A program made the position numbers and the translations under genes. A stretch of DNA of 40,413 nt from a virus (lineage: Duplodnaviria; Caudoviricetes). Where the stretch lies: positions 1 through 40,413 of IMG/VR virus record IMGVR_UViG_3300011441_000021. The stretch is one strand, 5' to 3'. Below, piece by piece: positions 16,769 to 27,040 of this stretch. A model generated the notes under the pieces. It searched no databases. It saw only the letters and a program-made list of their open reading frames with translations, and was not told where the DNA came from. Within the stretch, counting starts at the first letter, position 1; every line of letters starts with the position of its first letter.

Positions 16769-18794
16769 TTGGCACCACTTTTGATTTTCTCGCCGCGGCA
16801 TCCTCGCGGGCAAGGATTTCGCGCCAGTTATTCAACCGCCTGATTTCCAATGCCTGCTGCGGCTTGGTCAGTTTATTGGCTTCAATATCCGCCAGTAAGT
16901 TTACTTCGGCGCGATCAATGTCCGGCAGCGTCACTTCCTCGGAACTCTTTGAACCAAAATACGGTGACAGCCCAAGCGAAGCCTTCATCTGCGTGGTGTC
17001 AATCACGGCGTATCGTTTTAGAATGGCCGCCGCCTGGTCCTGCGCTTCCTCGCGGGTAAGTTGACCTTGCGGCTTGCCCTGCGCCCAGTTGTCGAACTCC
17101 TGTAGGGCCTGCTGTTGCGCAGCCGCAAACGGAATGCGGGCCGCTCCCGTTACAAGCATTCCAGGCTCCAGCGACTTTTCGATAACACCTCGCATCGACT
17201 TGTACGGGCTGGCCGGCTGATCGTCCTTGGCCGCGGCACGGTTCTTTTCCGTCAACTGAATAAAGGTTGCAGTTTTTAGCTTGCCTTGATCCACATAACT
17301 GCCGGCGAGTTTTATAAAACTGTCTGGATCATCGGAGGCAATCCGTTTGGTCAGGTCAATGATGGCGCGAGCGTCGTCGGATGCGCTTTCCTCGCGCGTC
17401 AACCTCAACGCTCCGTGATACTCCGATGCCGTAAGATAGGGCCGCGCCTGCTCAATCGCATCCGCCGTCAAAGACCCCCGCTCCGAACGTGAATAGATTT
17501 CCTTCAACGCCTCGTCGCCCAACACCTTGCGGGCCTTTTCCGCTGTGCGCTCCGCCTGCGTGGCATCGTGCGCCTGCGCGATCTCGATGTCGTTGCGCAT
17601 CTTGATCGCTTTCGGGGCGTCCGGCATCTGAGGCGGAGCCCCCTTGCCGCCAAGAAACTGATCCGCGCTTTTGTAGTGCCCCGCCTTGATGCGCTCGATG
17701 TGCTGCGCAATCGTACCGTTGCCGTCCGACTTGTTGCGATCAACATTCGGATTGCCGCCATTGATCGTTGTATAGATCGATCCAATGTCCATGCCGGGTT
17801 TAACACCTCGGTCACGCAGGAAGCCTTCAACCGCGACCATCTGCTGCTCAAATGACATGCCGGGGCGAACGCCGTACTTCGCGCGTTCCTCTGGACCGAA
17901 CTGGATCAACCCGAGGTAATTGTTGTTTTTCCCACCAACTTTATTTGGGTCGAATGTGCCGCCCGTTTCATACGAAATCGCAGCGGCAAGATCGCGCGGG
18001 GCGATGCCGAGCCTGCCAGCCACCGAATTGATCGCGGCAGGCCGCACCGCATCGGCTGGCTTGGCCGGAACCTCGCCGTACATTTCCGAGATCAGCGCCT
18101 TGGCCTCGTTGTGCTTGCCAGATGCTTTCAATCCACCAACCACAGCATCCACCACGGCGCGGCGGCTTTCCTCGCGCATGGTTTCTGTTCGCGCCGCGCC
18201 CAAAATCCCACGCTTATCAGAGAACAGTTCATCAACCCGATTTAGCCCGCCCTTAACATCGCCAGTAGTAAGAGCTTCGGCCACGATGGCGTCACGGTTT
18301 TTAACCGTCTGCGTCTCATATTCTGTGGTTCGCGCGTTGTGCTCGAAAACCGTCCCCTTGACGGAATACTGCGTGCGCAGATCGGCGCGCTGTGATTGGA
18401 TGGCCTGTATCGCGCGCTGCGATGGCGACCACCCTGCCCCGCGCAGTTTGTCGTCGATCTCCTTGTCGGCGGTATCAAGACGCTGCTTAAGCAGCGAAGA
18501 AAACCCGGCACCGCCAGCCGGAGCCTGCTTTTGGGCTTCCAGATATTCTTGCGCATAGCGCGGCAGGATTTCAGATTGAGCGGTATCCTTGGCGACGGTA
18601 TCCTCGGCGGCCTGCCGTTTAGCGAGCAAATCGCTGCCGATGTCGTTGAGGATCAGTCCAATTCGGCGAGTCGATTCACCAATATTTGCCCCGAACGTAT
18701 CCGGGCCAGCGACACGCGCATCAATACCAGGATCGCGCGTCACCGCGACCTGGCCGACGCTCTCTGGCCCCGGAATGCGGAAGGTGCCAGCCAT
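16755..18794 (-). CDS. Internal virion protein with a lytic transglycosylase-like domain
   Basis: AISYETGGTFDP..YLGLIQFG motif within a helical protein. Confidence 0.85.
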   Translation of the reverse strand: MAGTFRIPGPESVGQVAVTRDPGIDARVAGPDTFGANIGESTRRIGLILNDIGSDLLAKRQAAEDTVAKDTAQSEILPRYAQEYLEAQKQAPAGGAGFSSLLKQRLDTADKEIDDKLRGAGWSPSQRAIQAIQSQRADLRTQYSVKGTVFEHNARTTEYETQTVKNRDAIVAEALTTGDVKGGLNRVDELFSDKRGILGAARTETMREESRRAVVDAVVGGLKASGKHNEAKALISEMYGEVPAKPADAVRPAAINSVAGRLGIAPRDLAAAISYETGGTFDPNKVGGKNNNYLGLIQFGPEERAKYGVRPGMSFEQQMVAVEGFLRDRGVKPGMDIGSIYTTINGGNPNVDRNKSDGNGTIAQHIERIKAGHYKSADQFLGGKGAPPQMPDAPKAIKMRNDIEIAQAHDATQAERTAEKARKVLGDEALKEIYSRSERGSLTADAIEQARPYLTASEYHGALRLTREESASDDARAIIDLTKRIASDDPDSFIKLAGSYVDQGKLKTATFIQLTEKNRAAAKDDQPASPYKSMRGVIEKSLEPGMLVTGAARIPFAAAQQQALQEFDNWAQGKPQGQLTREEAQDQAAAILKRYAVIDTTQMKASLGLSPYFGSKSSEEVTLPDIDRAEVNLLADIEANKLTKPQQALEIRRLNNWREILAREDAAARKSKVVPSGKR

Positions 18795-19249
18795 CAGCCC
18801 CAGCCCTTGGCTGCTTTACCGAAGCCGGAAAGCAACGATGTTCCAGCGTCGTAATAACTCGCGGTTTTTGCGTTCTCACCGCGCTTACGATACAGCGCCG
18901 CTTCTTGTTCCTCGCGCTTGGCACGACGCTCGCCGCCGTGCATGATGCGCGACGTGCCAAGCGCGATCTCGCCGACCGTGGCTTCATCGACCAGCAGCGG
19001 CGAGCCTTCCATTGTCACGCCGGAAGCACCACGCGCAGCAATCCCCGCCGCGCGCTGACGCATTTCCTTGCGGAAATAGTCGGAACTCTCTGTGTCCGCA
19101 ACATTGCGATCAGCCGCCGCCTGTTGGTCGCGCACCGCCGCGTTGTAATCAGCGCTTTCCTTTTCTGCCTTACCCTTTTGAATGGACCCCATCGCTGACA
19201 CGGCACTGCCGGCCAGTGCGGCGCCGATCAAAATAGTTTCAATGCCCAT
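18794..19249 (-). CDS. Internal virion protein (T7 gp14-like position)
   Basis: Gly/Ala-rich N-terminus, ASGV.MEGSP motif. Confidence 0.85.
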   Translation of the reverse strand: MGIETILIGAALAGSAVSAMGSIQKGKAEKESADYNAAVRDQQAAADRNVADTESSDYFRKEMRQRAAGIAARGASGVTMEGSPLLVDEATVGEIALGTSRIMHGGERRAKREEQEAALYRKRGENAKTASYYDAGTSLLSGFGKAAKGWG

Positions 19250-19685
19250 TCCGGCGATCCTTGACGTATCTAAAGCGCTGAAACTCTCGGCCGTTTGTCG
19301 AGAACGATCCGATTGGCACAAATCCAAGCAGCCGATCGAGCTTGAGCCCGGTCGGCAGATCGACGGGCGTCTGCGCCTCGATCCAGTGGAACGGCGCACG
19401 CTCGATGCCGTCACGCAACATGCGAATAAGCGGCAGCACGGCGCGCCGTGGCATCGGGCAGGCCATGATGGCCCAAGCTAGGCCAACACCATTGCCGTAG
19501 TCGGCGAGACCGCCGGCTGCAACCAACTGCCCATCCACCAGCATGGACCGAGCAAACGGATCGTTTGCAATCGTCGGCAGGGTTTCAGCCCCGGACATAT
19601 AACGCCGGGCCATGACCTCGGCTGCGGTTTCACTCAACCTTGCCAGATCACCCGGCCGGATCGGAACAAACTCAATCGCTGGCAT
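19239..19685 (-). CDS. GNAT-fold internal virion protein A-like
   Basis: Follows tail tubular B; AAGG..AW..LGF motif. Confidence 0.75.
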   Translation of the reverse strand: MPAIEFVPIRPGDLARLSETAAEVMARRYMSGAETLPTIANDPFARSMLVDGQLVAAGGLADYGNGVGLAWAIMACPMPRRAVLPLIRMLRDGIERAPFHWIEAQTPVDLPTGLKLDRLLGFVPIGSFSTNGREFQRFRYVKDRRNGH

Positions 19686-22605
19686 CGACTTCCGGCGATA
19701 TGCCGAGCAGTGTCCACGGCAGCGGCTGTGAGCCCTTGGCCACAATACGGGGATCGGTATGAAACCCGCCTTCGGATGACTTGCGGATTTCTCCGGTAAA
19801 CAGTGGGATTGCATTGGTCATCAAATCAGCCGCGGTGCGGAACGCGCACGGCTCAAAATTCAGATTGCCATCCAGATCAATACCGAATTCAAACGTTGCG
19901 GCATCGAGCAGCGCGAACACCAGAGCATTGACGGTTTTGGTGCGTCCAACGCCCGAGCCCGTTCGCGAGCCATAAGGCAGTTTCATGGATCGATAGACCC
20001 AATCATAACCCAGGCCGACCTGGACCTTGGTCGCCGCCGTGCGCAATTCGACTTCGCCGCCGGACACCTCGGCATCGTCCTGCACCGCGCCATCCGCCAT
20101 GATCTTGACGGTTTCGCCCTCAAGATGATCGAGGCCCGTTATTGTGGTGGTCGAAGCGCCATCATAGGTCAGACCGCAATCGACATAAAAGGCATCTTCT
20201 TGCAACGCCAACTGCGCCGCGTCCCAATCTGGCTTCCAATTAGACTCGCTGGCATATTCGTTCGGGTTAGGGCCTTCGTAATACCCTTCCATGACTTCGA
20301 TGTAGCGAACCGAACTGCCATCGATGGTGCGCCGGACAATCATCCATAATTCGTCGCGGTCATCGGAGGCATAGACTTGCCCGCTGGATCCGACCGCTGA
20401 CCCTGGGATTACCGCCAGCGACTCGACCACGGCACCGGATGGTGCAATCTCGCAGGGCGTCCAGCCGACTACGTTCTGGCTTCGCTTGTAGGCCATGCAC
20501 GCAAGTTTGCCGTTTTCTAATCGTGCCCAGACTTGGGAAAATGGTTCTTCTTGAAACACAATCTGCGCCACCTTGCCCTTGGTGATGTGGCGGGCCAGCA
20601 TAGTAACGTCAGACGCCTGAAACCCGTCGATTTCAAACGAAAACCCAATGTCGTAAACGCCGCGTTTGGCGCGATGCGCGAACACCGCCGCAGTGTCGAT
20701 CTGCACTGGCGCGCTGTCCGCGGACTTAACCGATGTTTGCGGTTCGGCCACAAAATCCGATGGCGTCAGAACCGGCCCCTTTGAGGCAACCGCCCATTGT
20801 CCTGTTGATGTGCCGACGATCAGCCGCCGTGAACCGACCAGCCACACGATCGGGCTGACGCGCGTTGCTGACAATGTGAAATCCAGTGCGTCGTCATCCT
20901 CGACAGTAGTTGCGCCTTCCCGCCACGTATCCGGCCGCATATTCTCGAAATCACCGGATTGCGAGCCCCAGATGGTTTGCGGTCGCCCGGCATTGCGCGC
21001 CGCGATCAGACGCTGCTGGTAGAACGTACCGACCTTCGGCCATCCCGTTGTGTCAGACCATGCGCCAAGCCGCCATGTTTCGGTTGGAACCGTCGAAGCA
21101 AAATTGCGATAGACCCGAACAGTGACGGACTGCGCCGTCGCGAACGCGGTGATAATACCCCATCCAGGCTCGCGGCCGGGATGCTCAAGCCGCACCATGC
21201 GGCCAACGTCCGTCGCAGCAAACGGCCTGAATTCATCCAATGCCGCCACCGTGACGCTGCCAGTGACGGCGCTCGCCTGCAACATGCGAGCGCGGGTGTT
21301 GTAGAGAAACACGCCGCCGACGCCGCCGACGATGGCGTCGTCTTGGTTGCTCAAAAATTCCAGGTGCGTGGTGGCGCCCCCAGGCGTGAAACTGACGCTG
21401 TACCAGCCGGCACCGTAGGCAGTCGGCCCGGCAACTTCAGCCCCACCCGCCGAGGTTCCGATCGAGAGCGCGACCGTGCCGCCGCCGACAATCTGGAAAT
21501 GCAGAACATGGACTTTAGTTGTGGCCGGCGTGGCAATAGCCTGCCGGATCGCTGCGGTCCCGGCCGCATCGAAGCGGCGCAGGAACACAAACCGGCTGGA
21601 ACTGTCATATTCGACAAAAGCGTTACTGGCGATGCTTTGTGTCCAAGGATCAATTCCGCCACTGAAGGTTCCGTTGCTGACAAGATTCTGCGTAGCAAGA
21701 TCGGTGTCGGGATTAACCCCAAGCCAAGGCCCATCCTGGAAGAATGCCTTGACCAGTGACCATGAACTATCGCCGCGCCGCTCCAGCCGGTAGGGCGCAT
21801 AATCCTCATGAAAGAGGTAAAGGACATCCGCCGATTGCGTGGTGCGCTCCGCTATCGCCCCAACATCGGCGGCAGCATAGGGGGAAGTCAGCGAAAGCGG
21901 AACGTTTGATAGAACCTCGACATCATCGACGTAAGCCGTATCATTCTGCTCGTTGATGAATTGTAGATAGACTGTTCCAGTTCCTGGCGTGAAAGCGATT
22001 ATGTGCCAGCCAATGCCAAGGTTTGTCGCCTTGACCAGATTATAGGTTACGGTCGCGGTCCCGACCTGCATCGTAATCTTGCTGCCAGGGTTGCCCGTCA
22101 CCTTGAAGCGAACAACATGGACCGTACTTTGATAGAGCGCGTTGACGGTCAACGCCTGTTCGGCCCAGCCGAATCCATTGGTCGAACCATTAAGCGCCAT
22201 CTTGTCGGTGGCGTGGCTGATCGATGCGGAGCCGGTCGAGCGGTCGGTCCAGCTTGTGATATTGGTGCCAAAGGCACCGTTTGTGATTACGGTCGTAGTC
22301 GTCGCTGAAGCAAGCCGAGCCTGATTACGGAAAAACCGCAGATAAAAGTCGCCGGCCTCGATCATGTAAGCTTGGTCGCTGACCGGCTCAAATGAGATCA
22401 ACGCGGTGTCGTCGGCGCTGTCGGCCACTTCGTTGATAAAGCGCGTTCCGGGGCGCTTGGTAACGGCCCCCTCCGGCAAGCACACAAGATTAAAGCCGCG
22501 GCCGATCGATGCCGGGTATTTTTCAAAGTCTGTCCTCGCGTCCATGCGAGGCGAAAACTCTCCGGCATTCTGCGAAGATAGAAACGGCGTCGCCTTCAAA
22601 CCCAT
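19672..22605 (-). CDS. Tail tubular protein B (nozzle) with two inserted CBM-like domains
   Basis: NAGEFSP, G.VTKRPGT, QSADV, GWP..TFYQQRL, YVDCG, LDHLEGETV motifs. Confidence 0.92.
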   Translation of the reverse strand: MGLKATPFLSSQNAGEFSPRMDARTDFEKYPASIGRGFNLVCLPEGAVTKRPGTRFINEVADSADDTALISFEPVSDQAYMIEAGDFYLRFFRNQARLASATTTTVITNGAFGTNITSWTDRSTGSASISHATDKMALNGSTNGFGWAEQALTVNALYQSTVHVVRFKVTGNPGSKITMQVGTATVTYNLVKATNLGIGWHIIAFTPGTGTVYLQFINEQNDTAYVDDVEVLSNVPLSLTSPYAAADVGAIAERTTQSADVLYLFHEDYAPYRLERRGDSSWSLVKAFFQDGPWLGVNPDTDLATQNLVSNGTFSGGIDPWTQSIASNAFVEYDSSSRFVFLRRFDAAGTAAIRQAIATPATTKVHVLHFQIVGGGTVALSIGTSAGGAEVAGPTAYGAGWYSVSFTPGGATTHLEFLSNQDDAIVGGVGGVFLYNTRARMLQASAVTGSVTVAALDEFRPFAATDVGRMVRLEHPGREPGWGIITAFATAQSVTVRVYRNFASTVPTETWRLGAWSDTTGWPKVGTFYQQRLIAARNAGRPQTIWGSQSGDFENMRPDTWREGATTVEDDDALDFTLSATRVSPIVWLVGSRRLIVGTSTGQWAVASKGPVLTPSDFVAEPQTSVKSADSAPVQIDTAAVFAHRAKRGVYDIGFSFEIDGFQASDVTMLARHITKGKVAQIVFQEEPFSQVWARLENGKLACMAYKRSQNVVGWTPCEIAPSGAVVESLAVIPGSAVGSSGQVYASDDRDELWMIVRRTIDGSSVRYIEVMEGYYEGPNPNEYASESNWKPDWDAAQLALQEDAFYVDCGLTYDGASTTTITGLDHLEGETVKIMADGAVQDDAEVSGGEVELRTAATKVQVGLGYDWVYRSMKLPYGSRTGSGVGRTKTVNALVFALLDAATFEFGIDLDGNLNFEPCAFRTAADLMTNAIPLFTGEIRKSSEGGFHTDPRIVAKGSQPLPWTLLGISPEVDASD

Positions 22606-23213
22606 CTCCCATAAGCGTGGCGGCTTGTCGCCCACGAGCCATCCGGCATCCGCTCCGGGTAATCTTCAATTCCGTCGATCGACGCGGCCTGCCGCATCGC
22701 GTCTCGCATTTCCTCTTTCAGAAGTTGATGCAGCGTGTTCGACTTGGCGATGCCGGTTGCAAACACTGCCGCCAAGCGCAGCGTCAACACTTGCCGGAAC
22801 GTTGGCGTCATGATGTTAGGGTCAGTGACCCGCCTGATGTAGCGAAGATAAGCGGTGTTGGAACCGCAGACGATGGCGTTGACGTAGGTATCATCCGCCT
22901 GTTTGACGCCCTCGATCTTGTATTGCAGATCGCCGCCGCCGTAATCCCCGGCATGCACAGACACCGTCCGCATGTAATCAGACGGCAACGCAAAGGCATA
23001 ATCGAACTCAAATACCGGGGCCGCCGAGAGCAGCGCGAGTTGCGCCCGCGTCGTCGCAAAATTCCACGGATGCCGCTGCAGCAAGTCATCGCGCTCGGAG
23101 GCAAGAACGTCGCGCGCCACGCCAGCCGATGACACTGTGTCGTCGATTGACGTGATGCGGCGGTCACCTACTTTTCTGAGGGCGCTATTCACAATTTCCG
23201 TCTCGGAAGCCAT
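22596..23213 (-). CDS. Tail tubular protein A (adaptor)
   Basis: IVNSAL..G..ITS, HPWNFA, LPSD motifs. Confidence 0.92.
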   Translation of the reverse strand: MASETEIVNSALRKVGDRRITSIDDTVSSAGVARDVLASERDDLLQRHPWNFATTRAQLALLSAAPVFEFDYAFALPSDYMRTVSVHAGDYGGGDLQYKIEGVKQADDTYVNAIVCGSNTAYLRYIRRVTDPNIMTPTFRQVLTLRLAAVFATGIAKSNTLHQLLKEEMRDAMRQAASIDGIEDYPERMPDGSWATSRHAYGRWV

Positions 23214-23214
23214 A

Positions 23215-23580
23215 TCAGGCCGCCTGCGCCTTCGGCGGACGACCCGGCCCGCGCCTGACCTCAGTTTCAGCCGGGGCAACAGGTGCCTCGATCTTGACGA
23301 TCTCGCCGATCAGTTTCAGCGGAACACCATCATCGCCAGCGGAAATCACCCGAACCGTGGCGACTTCGCTCAGAATGGTATCCTTGCGAGATCCATTTGT
23401 GCTGTTCAGCCGGCAGAGTGTGATGCTGTCGCCTGGGTAAAGCTGGCCCCGCATCGGCAGAAAAAACTTGTCGTTGATGACTTCGCTCAGCGCGAGCGTG
23501 GTGCGGTATTCGTAATGCTGTTGATACGGCATCGCATTGGCCATGCACATATCGAGGGTTTTGGCGCGGTGTTCGTTCAT
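23215..23580 (-). CDS. Hypothetical protein with C-terminal AT-hook-like RRGPGRPPK
   Basis: GGAG RBS; motif visible in the translation. Confidence 0.75.
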   Translation of the reverse strand: MNEHRAKTLDMCMANAMPYQQHYEYRTTLALSEVINDKFFLPMRGQLYPGDSITLCRLNSTNGSRKDTILSEVATVRVISAGDDGVPLKLIGEIVKIEAPVAPAETEVRRGPGRPPKAQAA

Positions 23581-23585
23581 GCGGC

Positions 23586-24332
23586 TTATCTCCAGTTTTC
23601 AACCACCCAAGGCAGTTGTGTTTGCACCATCGCCTGCGATGGATCGTGAGCACCGTGAAAGTGAACGATGCGAGCGTTCGGTGGCAGCGTTGCCGCGCCC
23701 ATGTATTTCACCCGCCGCCGGAACTTGAGGCCAAACGGATCGCCGCCGCGCAATTGCATCAGGTGCATCCGAAACGAAAAAACGCCGTCCGCCTTGGTCC
23801 ACCTCGGCGCGTCTTTAATTTTGTGCGCCATCCACGCTTGATCGGAACCGAAATAACCGAACTTCTGTTTCAGCGTGGCGTGTTCAGCGTGACTGAATTC
23901 GCTCCAGACCTGAGGCAAAGCCCCCGCCGTCAGCATCCATTGCGAGCCGCAATAGGGTGTTTTCCGCGAAGGGTCGGCCCAAACTACGAAAGGTTCCGGC
24001 CGATCAAACAGCGGATCGAGCGGCCCGGTTATGACGGTATCGAGATCGAGCGAAACAAACCGCTCGCCGAGCAGATCGCCAATCTCCGCCGAAAACGCTT
24101 TCAGGCGGACAAAGCAACGGCCAAGATCGTGCAGATCATTCCAGAGCGGGACGATCCTCACCCCGCCGTCGATGCCTTCCGGGTTATCGGTGACACAGAC
24201 AATTTCATGCGGCATTTTCAGATGCCGGCTGACCATCGAGGCCAACGTGTTGACGTGTTTGGCGTTATAGTTGGCGCGATGGTGGCCCATCGTATGGCCG
24301 CCCCACTTCCAACACACCACAGACAATTTCAT
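23586..24332 (-). CDS. Glycosyltransferase (GT-A fold, GT8-like)
   Basis: VCWKWG, CVTD, SLDLDTVI (DxD), SDQAW, IVHFHG..P. Confidence 0.88.
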   Translation of the reverse strand: MKLSVVCWKWGGHTMGHHRANYNAKHVNTLASMVSRHLKMPHEIVCVTDNPEGIDGGVRIVPLWNDLHDLGRCFVRLKAFSAEIGDLLGERFVSLDLDTVITGPLDPLFDRPEPFVVWADPSRKTPYCGSQWMLTAGALPQVWSEFSHAEHATLKQKFGYFGSDQAWMAHKIKDAPRWTKADGVFSFRMHLMQLRGGDPFGLKFRRRVKYMGAATLPPNARIVHFHGAHDPSQAMVQTQLPWVVENWR

Positions 24333-24925
24333 ACCCGGATGCCCCAGACATGATCTGGGAACAGGGTGGGCTTATCCGTCCGCGCCATGACCGCGGCCTT
24401 CACCGTGTCCCAATGCCAATCGTGCCCAATGACCCATTTTCTGGCCTTGGGCTTCCAGGCATCGAAATCAGCGAGCACCCGTTCAGTCCGGTGATCGGCG
24501 TCAATGAATACGCAATCAACCGATCGGTCCTCGAAGGTCGCGGCGGTCTCAACCGTGTCAGCAATAATCAGTCTGGCGCGGTCGCCGTATTTTGCGGCCT
24601 GTTCTGTTACCAGGCGGCGCAGTTGATCCATGTCGGGGCGGCCATAGTCGGTATAGCCATCCTCCAAATGCGTACCTTCAGGGAGCGCATAGGTGTCGAC
24701 ACCGATCACTGTCATTCGTTTACAGGTGGCGAGCAGATGAAAGAACGTTGGCCCGGTGAACACCCCAAGCTCGACGAGGCTTGTCCATTCCTCTGCCTTG
24801 GCAAGGATTTCCAAGACGTGCCAGCGCTTGGAGCGCAGCGAGACCCTCTTGTCCTTTTTCTTGACCCAATGCTGCCGGCCGACCGCACCCGGCCGGTGCT
24901 TTACGAAAGTATCTGTTGCTGCCAC
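24329..24925 (-). CDS. Class I SAM methyltransferase (Methyltransf_24-like)
   Basis: VELGVFTG, GVD, FIDADH, GHD; start uncertain (GTG 24925 or TTG 24952). Confidence 0.88.
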   Translation of the reverse strand: MAATDTFVKHRPGAVGRQHWVKKKDKRVSLRSKRWHVLEILAKAEEWTSLVELGVFTGPTFFHLLATCKRMTVIGVDTYALPEGTHLEDGYTDYGRPDMDQLRRLVTEQAAKYGDRARLIIADTVETAATFEDRSVDCVFIDADHRTERVLADFDAWKPKARKWVIGHDWHWDTVKAAVMARTDKPTLFPDHVWGIRV

Positions 24926-25689
24926 GGAAAGCTCAGAACCTTGGGACGCCAATCCGGCCCGCGCGATGACACCATTGCCTGCACCGCGCGATCCTCCGGC
25001 TGCTTGCGTTTGTACCGCGTGGTCGAAGCGTCCAATTCAAATTCATGGCGCACCAGGGCGTCAGTCATAATCCTGACTGGTAATGTCTTGGCGACACGGC
25101 GGCGATATTCGCCATCGGTGCCGTAGTGGCCAGATAACGCCTCATCGTATCCGCCAATCTGCCAGAAACTATTTTGCGTCATGAACCAAGAATTAGGATG
25201 CGGCGGGATGTCCGCCCAGGTTTGAAACCCGATGGATTCGACCCGCTTGAAACGATAGACCGTGAACGGCTCGACCTTGCCGTAGATAAGGGTTTCCAGT
25301 GTCCCTTGCGGGACTTGGTGATCCATGTCGGTCAGCAGACACCAGTCGCGCGCATGAAACATTCCAAGATTTCGCGCCGCGAGCCAGTTCCAGCGCACAT
25401 CAACGCCGATACGAAACAGCCGCAGATCGAAAGGCAGCAACTTGCCGCGCAGCACGTCCGCCGCAGGCGTATCCGGCGAGCCGTCATCGATCACGATGAC
25501 GGACAGATGATTGCGTAAATCCTCCCGATAGCCGACCCAGGACTGCACTTGCCGCGCCAGCATCAGCGGATTTTCGTAGTACGGAATGACGAACGTCACA
25601 TTCCGTGCATGAGTGCCACACTCGATCTCGACCACGGGCGCATCGTCGCAACCCGGCGCTGAAACCCGGCGCTTTCGCAGGAGCTTCAT
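24901..25689 (-). CDS. Glycosyltransferase, GT2/GT7-like
   Basis: VIPYYE, VIDDGS, ARNLG, LTDMDH, GGYDE..YG.D. Confidence 0.9.
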   Translation of the reverse strand: MKLLRKRRVSAPGCDDAPVVEIECGTHARNVTFVIPYYENPLMLARQVQSWVGYREDLRNHLSVIVIDDGSPDTPAADVLRGKLLPFDLRLFRIGVDVRWNWLAARNLGMFHARDWCLLTDMDHQVPQGTLETLIYGKVEPFTVYRFKRVESIGFQTWADIPPHPNSWFMTQNSFWQIGGYDEALSGHYGTDGEYRRRVAKTLPVRIMTDALVRHEFELDASTTRYKRKQPEDRAVQAMVSSRGPDWRPKVLSFPWQQQILS

Positions 25690-26339
25690 TGCCAATACTC
25701 GTTGAACCAGTCGTATTGTTTCACCGCCAGATGGTTTTTTGGTTTGATGCAGAGCACAACCTTGGTTTCCTTGGGCCATGGTGGCGGGCCCGCACTGACA
25801 CGCCGAAACCATTGCGCTGGAAACATCGCCTCATCCGGCCGATGCTGCGCAATGAAATCCTGGTCAGACCACAGATCGGCCGTGGCGCCCGGCCTCCACT
25901 TGCTCCACAGATCGGCCCTTGCCCCGTGGTTCCAAACCATCAGGCTCGAATTGTATCGCTTGATGACCTTCTGCCGACCATGCCCCAGAAACATCGGCGC
26001 GCTGTCCGGTGCAATAGCGAACTCAGCGGGAAAATCCACAGCCTCGTCGAGTGGTCCCGTCACCAGCACGTCCAGGTCGGAATAGAGCACCCGACCATCG
26101 AACGGCATGGCCGGATCGAACATGCGAAGCTTTGACCACCATGCCTGATAAAGACTGCCCGTGGTTGGCACGACAACCGGCTCGACCCCTTTTGGCAGAT
26201 CGTTCGGCCGATCGGTCAGGCACACCATGCGGAATGGACGCTCGAGGTGGCGTTCCACCATCGACTTGAGTTTGACGACATATTCGACGCCGAACTTGCG
26301 ATGGCCTCTCACCCAAAGACACGCGACGGTCAGGCTCAC
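25686..26339 (-). CDS. Glycosyltransferase (GT-A, paralog of 23586..24332)
   Basis: CLTD, WWSKL, YSDLDV, YNSS.M.W, SDQDF. Confidence 0.9.
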   Translation of the reverse strand: MSLTVACLWVRGHRKFGVEYVVKLKSMVERHLERPFRMVCLTDRPNDLPKGVEPVVVPTTGSLYQAWWSKLRMFDPAMPFDGRVLYSDLDVLVTGPLDEAVDFPAEFAIAPDSAPMFLGHGRQKVIKRYNSSLMVWNHGARADLWSKWRPGATADLWSDQDFIAQHRPDEAMFPAQWFRRVSAGPPPWPKETKVVLCIKPKNHLAVKQYDWFNEYWQ

Positions 26340-27040
26340 TGGCGCTCGCCGAGCAGATAGGCCCGATTGGTCAGAACTTTGATGCGCTGGCCGGCATAGG
26401 GTAGATTGCTCACCGCCCGGTTGACCCCAGGCACATGCACGTCATCGAAGATCGCGACGTCGCCCGGTTCCTGATGTTCGGCCAGCATCCGGCCTTCTGC
26501 GGACACCGCGTTGAAATCATGCTTGCCGTCCACGAACGCAAAATGGACGCGCTCGTCCCGTGGCAGCAATGCCAGCCAATCGGCACCAGGCATGCCGTGG
26601 AATTCTCGATCGACCGACATGGGCCACCACGGATCGACCAATTCTGGCACCGTCATCGGGTCCAAGATCGAATTGCGATCCACCATGGCATAGGGATCGA
26701 TCACGTCGATCGACACCACCATGCCGGCGTGGCCTGCGTCGGCCAGCGCCCATGCCATGCATAATGCGGAAAACCCCTTGGCGGTCCCAATGTCGAGGAA
26801 CGTCATGTAGTAATCTTCGGTGCCGGCGAGATAGCGACGCGCCTGCGCATACAGAATTCGTCCATGCTGCCAACATGGCGGGTTTTTCTTGACCGGGCAG
26901 GCCAGCACGCGGGCCGCATCCTCAAGCCGCCCACGGTCCAGCGCAAAGCCCGCATCGCGCTCGAAATCATCGACAATCGGATATTCCCGCACGCGCTCGG
27001 CCTCAAAGGCAGAGACATAAGCCTCGCGGGCTGCTTTCAT
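26336..27040 (-). CDS. Class I SAM methyltransferase (Methyltransf_24-like)
   Basis: LDIGTAKGFS, SID, FVDGKH, FDD. Confidence 0.9.
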   Translation of the reverse strand: MKAAREAYVSAFEAERVREYPIVDDFERDAGFALDRGRLEDAARVLACPVKKNPPCWQHGRILYAQARRYLAGTEDYYMTFLDIGTAKGFSALCMAWALADAGHAGMVVSIDVIDPYAMVDRNSILDPMTVPELVDPWWPMSVDREFHGMPGADWLALLPRDERVHFAFVDGKHDFNAVSAEGRMLAEHQEPGDVAIFDDVHVPGVNRAVSNLPYAGQRIKVLTNRAYLLGERQ

